From positions 1,367 to 65,366 of the forward strand of contig JAKEEU010000332.1 of the NCBI GenBank assembly GCA_022616415.1: DNA of 64,000 nt. Reading direction: 5' to 3'. The stretch comes from Candidatus Zhuqueibacterota bacterium. GTDB lineage: Bacteria; Zhuqueibacterota; Zhuqueibacteria; Zhuqueibacterales; Zhuqueibacteraceae. Positions within the stretch are counted from its first letter, which is position 1; each line of letters starts with the position of its first letter. The notes under the pieces are model-generated. The model did no database searches, was not told the DNA's origin, and saw only the letters and a program-made list of their open reading frames with translations. The position numbers and the translations under genes were made by a program. This document shows, in pieces, positions 52,154-58,356 of the stretch.

Positions 52154-53911
52154 TTTGTCCGCCGTCCAAATCCACGTCTGTTGGCGATCAAACAACGGAT
52201 CGATGTACAAATTACCCTGCTTCGTTTCGCGTTCCATCAACGACATCGCTTCTTCGAGAGTCGGCAAGCGCCAGTCGTTGAAACCGGCGTACTTTTTCGC
52301 GTTCAATTCTTTAACGTAATCCTGCGCTTGCTCGAAAATCAACTGGTCAGGTGAGCCGGATTGTTGCCAACTCAAACCGGTGGTTATATCAAAGACTAAA
52401 GTTTCCTTGTCTCGGACATAAGGCACATAAACATGCGGAACTCCTCGTCCACTTTTGTTCCAGGATGAATCAAAGAAGCCATAGCGTTTGATCATTTCCT
52501 GAACTTGCGATGAAGATAACGTATACGGCTCACGGCGGAACGACCGAGTTGGCACACCGGCAAGCTGCACCAGCCCAAGCAAATCAGCTTTTGACAGATC
52601 GAGCGGCTTTGGCATATTGGCTTGTACCATCTCCCACAAAAATCGCTTCATCTGATCCGTCCAGCTCAATTCCGGCCGTTCCGCCGCCGGCAGCGCGAGA
52701 AACCGCTTGACCGATAAATATTCCATAATCGAGCGATGGGCGAACTTGAAATTGTCTTCGGCATCGCGGTTGAGCAAGGAGCGGCTGGTGAGCTTCCAGC
52801 CTTCCAGTTTAATCCCAAACTTTTGTGCCAGCGGCTCAATGGCCTCATACGGCAGACGCTCTTCCTTCTTCTCTTGGCGCTGCACAAACAATTCGATGGC
52901 GAGGCGCTCGCAAAATTCGCGCAGCGGTTCTTTTTGCAATCCTTCCACGCGGCCCACTTCGCGATCTAACCACCCTTCCACCGCTTCTTCGTACAACTGA
53001 AACGAATAGCTAAAATCACGACCGCTGGCGAGAAAATTATCAATCAGCGCCAGCAGCATTGGTCGCACGGTCAACTGAGGAATTTTGCCTGCCACTTGGC
53101 GCGCCTGCCGACGTTTGCGCCAGCGCCAGAACCGATAGCGCAGTTGTAAATACTTTTTCACTTGCGCGTCATCAAAGGGCGAGAGATAAAGCTTGTGAAA
53201 AAAGTACTCACCCGTTTCTTTCGGCCCGATGGTGCCCAATTTGACCACGCCGGTGCGGCCCGGCTCTTCTTCGGCGCGCGGGAAAAACTGGGTGCGGCAG
53301 GTGATGAGCACGCGGCGAAACTCGCGGGTCAGGTCGCACAAATCCAACACCCGCTGGCGGTGGTCGACGATGGCGAGCGTGTCTTCGTCCAACGCATCGA
53401 GAAAGAGCACGGTGTCGGATTTTGCGGCAACGGCTTTGATGCGGGCATCGGCATCTTTAATGCCCAGCGGGATCACTTGCAACTGAAACGGTTTACGGAA
53501 CCGGCGCAGGTAGCGGGCGTAGTAATTCAACTGGAAGGCGGTTTTGCCCATGCCGGAGTCGGCGAGCAGGAGCAGATACTTGAATTCGGTGTCTTCGTCG
53601 AGCAAACGGTCGATGGCGGAAAACAAATCTTCGCGCGAGGCATACACGCCACGAATTTCCGGGCTTTGGGCGGGATCGACGCTCTGGCAATACGGCCGGA
53701 GATAATAGCGCATCGCGCGCTCGATATCTTCCGGCGTATAGAGCGTCGCACCGAGTCGCTTCCGCAACGAGCGGCGGTCGTGCCATTGTTTGAGCTTCGC
53801 CAGCAAGCCCAGCAGGCCGCCGCCCCCAATGATGCTCAAAATGGTATCGAGATGATCGAGCCAGGTTTTGGGATCAAAAAGCAGATTGGTGAGGGTGGTA
53901 TCAGGCGGCAT
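52055..53911 (-). CDS. NACHT-like P-loop NTPase with an N-terminal hydrophobic helix and C-terminal DUF1566 (CLec-fold) domain; DGR target 2
   Basis: Walker A LLLLADSGMGKTAF, Walker B VLFLDALDED, an N-terminal ILSIIGGGGLLGLLAKL, and a C-terminal TGLSWQQSG...DWRLPTLEEAMSL...WIWTADKESAGRAWSVNFVLGYCSRHGFGDVIYVRAVRS. Confidence 0.85.
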   Translation of the reverse strand: MPPDTTLTNLLFDPKTWLDHLDTILSIIGGGGLLGLLAKLKQWHDRRSLRKRLGATLYTPEDIERAMRYYLRPYCQSVDPAQSPEIRGVYASREDLFSAIDRLLDEDTEFKYLLLLADSGMGKTAFQLNYYARYLRRFRKPFQLQVIPLGIKDADARIKAVAAKSDTVLFLDALDEDTLAIVDHRQRVLDLCDLTREFRRVLITCRTQFFPRAEEEPGRTGVVKLGTIGPKETGEYFFHKLYLSPFDDAQVKKYLQLRYRFWRWRKRRQARQVAGKIPQLTVRPMLLALIDNFLASGRDFSYSFQLYEEAVEGWLDREVGRVEGLQKEPLREFCERLAIELFVQRQEKKEERLPYEAIEPLAQKFGIKLEGWKLTSRSLLNRDAEDNFKFAHRSIMEYLSVKRFLALPAAERPELSWTDQMKRFLWEMVQANMPKPLDLSKADLLGLVQLAGVPTRSFRREPYTLSSSQVQEMIKRYGFFDSSWNKSGRGVPHVYVPYVRDKETLVFDITTGLSWQQSGSPDQLIFEQAQDYVKELNAKKYAGFNDWRLPTLEEAMSLMERETKQGNLYIDPLFDRQQTWIWTADKESAGRAWSVNFVLGYCSRHGFGDVIYVRAVRS

Positions 53912-53921
53912 AGGAATTCAC

Positions 53922-54016
53922 GTTAGACGGTTAGCTGGTTGGCCAGTTAGCCTGTTCGCCAGTTGATCAGTTATTTATTAACCGGCTAACAAGCCAACCG
54001 GCAAACAGGCAAACTG
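53922..54016. repeat. Octamer-periodic imperfect palindrome (GGTTNGCN units facing GCNAACCN units)
   Basis: ACGGTTAG CTGGTTGG CCAGTTAG CCTGTTCG CCAGTTGA ... TAACCGGC TAACAAGC CAACCGGC AAACAGGC AAACTGAG. GGTTGGCCAGTTAGCC pairs imperfectly with GGCTAACAAGCCAACC. Confidence 0.55.
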
Positions 54017-54027
54017 AGAAACGCTTC

Positions 54028-55206
54028 TCACACCAGCGGCACCAGCGGGCCCATGTCGAACAAGAAGCGCTGGATGTATTCCGGCGTGATATTGTCGCGG
54101 CCGGTCAGGCTGCGGCCAAATTGCAAAACCATTTGGTGCCCGAAGGTGTAACGCAGCTCGCGAATGTCTTCGGAAGTGAGGCCGCCGGAGAGCACGGGCA
54201 TGCACTTTTTCAGGCCGAACCAATTTTGGTTGAAGCGCTGCGGGTTTTGCGTGGTGAAATTTTCGGCCAGCAGGTTGGTGTGCAGCGCCACAACTTGGGC
54301 TTGGGTTTCAATCATGTCGCCGGTGATGGAACCGATCTCCACCAAGTCGGCGCCAGCCAAGCGCGCCAGCTTGCCGATGGTGGTCATGGCGATGCCGTGC
54401 TTTTTGTTGCGGGCGACGGCGCCGTGCGAGGTGCGGTCGGCGTAAATAATCAATCCGGGGAATTCATTGCGCAACATTTGCAGCACGCCGAAGCCGCTGG
54501 TTTGGAAATCGATCGCCACGCCGTTGCCGCCGGAGTTGATAACGAAGCGCGTGCGTTTGAGCACGACGTCGCCGGGGCCGGTGACATTGGGAAAATAAAG
54601 CTTGGGCAGCTCCGATTTTTTCACGGCCTCTTGCGTGAGCGCGAGCACCGCTTTGACGCGCTCTTCAAACCGATTGTTGGGCAAGTCGGTCAACTGATGG
54701 CTATCGCGAATGATGTCGCACCCGCCCATCAAAGCGGCAGAGGCTTTTTTCTTATAGGTTTCCAAATCCACGCCGACTTCCGGCGCAATCAACGCCGAGA
54801 CCAGCGGCCGCTCCGGACTGCCCAATAGCTCGTGCAATGCTTCGCTGCCCTGGGCCGGGCCGCGAAAACTCTTTACCCACCATTCGGGAAAACATACGTC
54901 GAGCAAACGCAAATTGGCAATATTCGCAAGGCCGAAAATTCTGCCGGCGACGACAGAAAGCACTTGGGGAATATTGCCGGCCTCGAAGTGCTCGGCGGGA
55001 TAGGCCACTTTGACGTTGTTGCCGTCAATCGCATACGCATGGGCGGCGAGAGCGGCGCGGTTCGCGCCAGCGCTGGCGTCAATCGCGGCTTTGCTGCACA
55101 ATTCTTCGGTCACGGATTCCAACGTCTTGCCGTTGGTTGGCTCGAGGTGATAGCTGCACAAAAGGTCGGTGGGTTGGGGTTGGTAAGCTTTGTCGATATA
55201 GGGCAT
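54028..55206 (-). CDS. RuBisCO large-subunit-like protein (form IV RLP-type) with a non-canonical active site
   Basis: Collinear with RbcL-family proteins (IPQVLSVVAGRIFG, GGCDIIRDSHQL at the GGxDFxKDDE position, DRTSHGAV, PVLSGGL). Start at the ATG at 55206. Confidence 0.75.
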   Translation of the reverse strand: MPYIDKAYQPQPTDLLCSYHLEPTNGKTLESVTEELCSKAAIDASAGANRAALAAHAYAIDGNNVKVAYPAEHFEAGNIPQVLSVVAGRIFGLANIANLRLLDVCFPEWWVKSFRGPAQGSEALHELLGSPERPLVSALIAPEVGVDLETYKKKASAALMGGCDIIRDSHQLTDLPNNRFEERVKAVLALTQEAVKKSELPKLYFPNVTGPGDVVLKRTRFVINSGGNGVAIDFQTSGFGVLQMLRNEFPGLIIYADRTSHGAVARNKKHGIAMTTIGKLARLAGADLVEIGSITGDMIETQAQVVALHTNLLAENFTTQNPQRFNQNWFGLKKCMPVLSGGLTSEDIRELRYTFGHQMVLQFGRSLTGRDNITPEYIQRFLFDMGPLVPLV

Positions 55207-55431
55207 GGTCGAGTTCCTTTCCCGAGTGATGGATTTTTTTGGTTTCATGAAACAAAAGAAATATCGCAAAAAATCGGACAAATGTCAACAGCGAGATCCG
55301 GATTTTAAAATAATTTACGGGAGTGAGTTATAGCTTGACAATCTCGCCAGATTCTGCTATCTTTAAAATCAGGCAGCAGTCCCAATAAGCCTCTTCGATT
55401 TTCACTCGTGCATTATGAAAAAATTAGCAGT

Positions 55432-55917
55432 ATGGGTGATCAAATGGAAACGACGGATATTATCAAAGTCCATCCTTCTTTGCCGGAGCAAGCCGCCGAC
55501 GAAATTGTCGATTATATTATTAAAATCGTGCAATTTTCCAATCTTCCGGACAATTGGGATTCCGAGGGCGCCAAAGCCGTCCCACCCGAGGTATGTGAAA
55601 AGACAGCCAAATATTTGTACGCCGCACACCGAGAGCTGGCTGCCGAATTTAAATCGGCTGCAGCGAATTTTCGTGAATCATATTATGAACGCCACAAGCC
55701 TTTCATTGCTCCGGGAGGAGATGGTTCTATTGTAATTGAATGGGAATCAGACCAGGTGGAGCTTATCGTCGTCTTCCGTCCTCGCAGCCATCGAGTTGAT
55801 GTTGAGTATTTAACCGTTGAAAAAAAGCATGGCAAAGAATTCGAGAAAGAAGGTATGCTCAATTCCGCGGCGGCTTTTGTGCAAGCTGTTAAATGGGCAT
55901 CTATGCTTCAAGCCTAA
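55432..55917 (+). CDS. Hypothetical protein
   Basis: ~161 aa. Motifs NWDSEGAKAV and PGGDGSIVIEWE. No family name was recognised. The start is uncertain (GTG 55408, ATG 55432 or ATG 55444). Confidence 0.45.
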   Translation: MGDQMETTDIIKVHPSLPEQAADEIVDYIIKIVQFSNLPDNWDSEGAKAVPPEVCEKTAKYLYAAHRELAAEFKSAAANFRESYYERHKPFIAPGGDGSIVIEWESDQVELIVVFRPRSHRVDVEYLTVEKKHGKEFEKEGMLNSAAAFVQAVKWASMLQA

Positions 55918-55947
55918 AAACGATTTAAATTTTTCCGGAGATTTTTT

Positions 55948-56217
55948 ATGAGTGAGACAATTAAAGCGATTTATAAAAATGGCATCATTGAGCCTGCTGA
56001 ACCATTAAAGATCGCCGAAGGCACTGAAGTTTATGTGGTTGTGCCTAAGACCACTAAATCTACGGCATATCGCACAGTTCTTGAGGAACTCAGAAGAGAG
56101 GGGTTTCTTGATTTTGATTCCCAGACCATCGCTCAGCCATTTTCCAAGCGCCGGCGTGGGCGTATTCAGGGTAAACCGGTGTCGGAGACTATTATTGAAG
56201 ATCGAGGGCCAAGATGA
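55948..56217 (+). CDS. DUF104/AF2212-type antitoxin (VapB-like)
   Basis: MSETIKAIYKNGIIEPAEPLKIAEGTEVYVVV is the canonical N-terminus of this antitoxin family. It overlaps the PIN gene start. Confidence 0.7.
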   Translation: MSETIKAIYKNGIIEPAEPLKIAEGTEVYVVVPKTTKSTAYRTVLEELRREGFLDFDSQTIAQPFSKRRRGRIQGKPVSETIIEDRGPR

Positions 56218-56675
56218 TCCATTATTTTGACAGTAGTGCAGTCGTTAAAATTTATCTTCAAGAAATTGGCAGCGATTGGGTTGAAACTGTCTGTTTACAA
56301 AATTCCGAGGGCGAAATAGGCATTTCGCAAATTGCCGGAGCCGAAGTGGTTGCTGCGATAAACCGGCGGCATCGTACTGGTGATATAGATGCCGCAACGT
56401 TAGAGACTGCCCTCGACGCATTTGAGAGTGATTTTTCTCGCTTCTTTGTCAGAATTCCTGTTTCGTTGGCGATTATTAGGCAAGCGATGAGACTCCTTCG
56501 ACGCCATCCCTTGCGTGGTTATGATGCTGTTCAATTGGCCACGGCCTTGGAGTGGGCAGATCGACTAAATGCATTTGGTTTAGCTAAACCAATTTTTGTC
56601 AGCGCCGATAACCTCCTGAATCAAGCAGCTATACAAGAAGGGTTGCAGACCGAAAATCCCAACGCTCATCCTTGA
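56214..56675 (+). CDS. vapC: PIN-domain toxin (VapC family)
   Basis: MIHYFDSSAVVKIYLQE (first acidic residue), LRGYDAVQLATAL, and FVSADNLLNQAA. Confidence 0.75.
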   Translation: MIHYFDSSAVVKIYLQEIGSDWVETVCLQNSEGEIGISQIAGAEVVAAINRRHRTGDIDAATLETALDAFESDFSRFFVRIPVSLAIIRQAMRLLRRHPLRGYDAVQLATALEWADRLNAFGLAKPIFVSADNLLNQAAIQEGLQTENPNAHP

Positions 56676-56721
56676 GATTTGCTGAGCCGGAACTCGGCAA
56701 ATCGTTCACGCCTAATTTGTA

Positions 56722-57483
56722 ATGGAACTCCTCGAAGGCAAACAATCCATCCTCCCGGCCCTGCAAGCGCGGCAGAGAAATTTCCGGCTCATCTTGATCA
56801 AGCAAAGCCTCAATCCGGCAAAAACTCGTGAGATCATAGCGGCGGCAGAAGAGCAGGCGATTCCGGTCAAATATGTGCCGGCGGCAGAGATCGACGCGAT
56901 GACGAAGGGGAAATCGCACGGCGGGCTGGCGGCGATTTGTACGGCCAAGCCGAAGTTTGAAATCGACAAGCTGATCGAGTTCTGCAAAAAATTATCCGAG
57001 CCGGCGTTTCTTTTGCTCGTCGAGGGCACAGAGGATGCGCAGAATCTCGGCTACACGCTGCGCTCCGCTGAAGCGCTCGGCGCGCACGCGGTTTTGCTCA
57101 AAAAGCACGTGTGGAATTTCGAGGCGGTGGCGGTGGCGCGTGCATCTTCGGGCGCGTTCGAGAGAATGCCGCTGGTGCAAGTGGAAAATGCCGAGAAAGA
57201 ATTGTTGCCCTTGCAGCGGATGGGAATCAAATTCTACGGCTGCATTGGCGGGGCGAAGCGAACTATTTACGACGTCGATTTAACCGTTCCGGTGCTTCTG
57301 GCGATCGGCGGTGAGCGACGCGGCTTGTCCGGCGCGCTGCGGGAAATGTGCGACAGCTTCGTGCGGATTCCGATGACGGCAGGCGCCGGTTCATTGTCGT
57401 TGAGCCACGCCGCAGCGGTGGTGATGGCGGAAGTGATGCGGCAGCGACGGCAGACGCAGGCACAAGCCTACAAAATCTTATGA
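56722..57483 (+). CDS. TrmH/SpoU-family RNA 2'-O-methyltransferase (RlmB-like)
   Basis: EGTEDAQNLGYTLRSAEALGAHAVLL, LLAIGGERRGLS and IPMTAGAGSLSLSHAAAVVMAE are the SpoU motifs 1-3. Confidence 0.8.
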   Translation: MELLEGKQSILPALQARQRNFRLILIKQSLNPAKTREIIAAAEEQAIPVKYVPAAEIDAMTKGKSHGGLAAICTAKPKFEIDKLIEFCKKLSEPAFLLLVEGTEDAQNLGYTLRSAEALGAHAVLLKKHVWNFEAVAVARASSGAFERMPLVQVENAEKELLPLQRMGIKFYGCIGGAKRTIYDVDLTVPVLLAIGGERRGLSGALREMCDSFVRIPMTAGAGSLSLSHAAAVVMAEVMRQRRQTQAQAYKIL

Positions 57484-57503
57484 CTTCCTACCAAAAATTG
57501 GCT

Positions 57504-57812
57504 TCATGATCTATCATTAAATTCACCTTCTGTTTCTGCTGTCTCAGACTGCAATCGCGACTTCTCGTACGCAATGGCAGCAATGTCGTAGCCGGTTTCG
57601 ATGAAAATGTCGTTGGCGCGTTCAACAATAAGGTCGTGAACGCGCTCTTCAAGCTCGTCTGGAACGAAAACCTTTAGCCAGGCATGCTGACCTTCGTCTC
57701 CAGGAATGAGAATTTCTGTCTGTACATCTGGCGTCACAGACTTGGCGAGAGCAATCAGTTCATCGAGATGCTTTCGCAATTGCCTTTTTGAGATAACGGA
57801 TTTCGCTTTCAT
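57504..57812 (-). CDS. HEPN-associated small partner protein, copy 2
   Basis: A paralog of 25620..25913 (MKAKSVISKRQLRKHLDELIALAKSVTPDVQTEILIPGDEGQHAWLKVFVPDELEE...). Confidence 0.6.
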   Translation of the reverse strand: MKAKSVISKRQLRKHLDELIALAKSVTPDVQTEILIPGDEGQHAWLKVFVPDELEERVHDLIVERANDIFIETGYDIAAIAYEKSRLQSETAETEGEFNDRS

Positions 57813-58195
57813 TTGTTCAAACCCTCCTCGACCTTTTGAATGAATTCTTTAGCATGATTGACCATCCGTCGGACCGTTTTCGCTTTTGGGGAGTCAAACT
57901 GATACTGGGCCGTATTGCGTAATACAAACGCATCTGCGAGCCAAGTACCAAAGTTGCCTGGTTAGCGGCTTCGGTTTTTGATGAGTTCTTCCGTGAATTT
58001 CGACCGCAATTCACTATGTTTCCACGTTGGCCTGTCCAAACCCTCGTATGCCAAAGCTGCTCGCGCTGCCCAGAAGAGCGCTGCATACGAACAAATGGCG
58101 GAAGCATTAAAATCGTTATTTTTTACAGCCAAGTCGGCAGTTCGTGAAAATTCTTTCGCACGGCCTAAAATTTCTTTTGGCGTCAAATGCGCCAT
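57809..58195 (-). pseudogene. HEPN-domain gene, copy 2, interrupted by an in-frame TAA at 57962-57964
   Basis: My in-frame translation reads MAHLTPKEILGRAKEF...ELRSKFTEELIKNRSR*PGNFGTWLADAFVLRNTAQYQFDSPKAKTVRRMVNHAKEFIQKVEEGLNK. It is collinear with copy 1, where the stop position is Tyr (RTRYPKNFGTW). The ATGA overlap with the partner gene is conserved. Confidence 0.75.
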
Positions 58196-58223
58196 CATTC
58201 CCTCCTCAAAGTTCCTTAATGCC

Positions 58224-58252
58224 AATATAGCAGAGAAAACTAAAATTGTCAA
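58224..58252 (-). promoter_or_regulatory. Sigma70-type promoter, copy 3 of the repeated promoter module
   Basis: On the minus strand: TTGACA (58252-58247), a 17-nt spacer, then TATATT (58229-58224), upstream of HEPN copy 2. Confidence 0.5.
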
Positions 58253-58356
58253 CTTGAAAAATTTTTTAAATTTTCATCTTGCTTCCTCCATAGAAAAGCC
58301 GTATTTTTGAACAAATCGAAACTATTTTCTCAATCGCGCAAAATATCCAACGTTTC

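Larger units (their letters stand above)
48505..53911 (-). mobile_element. Diversity-generating retroelement (DGR) cassette: NTPase-DUF1566 target (VR2), avd, TR, RT, TIR-DUF1566 target (VR1)
   Basis: A DGR-type RT (LPIGNYTSQ, YVDD), an Avd four-helix-bundle gene, and one TR matching two VRs with mismatches only at TR adenines. See the component features. Confidence 0.92.

Noticed and set aside
53978-54223. An 81-aa minus-strand ORF overlapping the 3' end of the RLP gene and the octamer-repeat element.
   Set aside because: It is out of frame with the RLP gene, its sequence is low-complexity and R/P/A-rich, and it overlaps a repeat. It is probably not coding.
57817-58107. A 96-aa ORF reported by the track over the distal half of HEPN copy 2.
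   Set aside because: It is out of frame with the HEPN reading frame. The in-frame continuation after the TAA at 57962-57964 reproduces the copy-1 protein sequence, so this ORF is spurious.
26027-58195. An alternative genetic code (stop-codon reassignment) as the explanation for the three in-frame stops.
   Set aside because: TAA, TAG and TGA all terminate many well-delimited genes in this window at the positions expected from family lengths. Only three isolated sites are affected.
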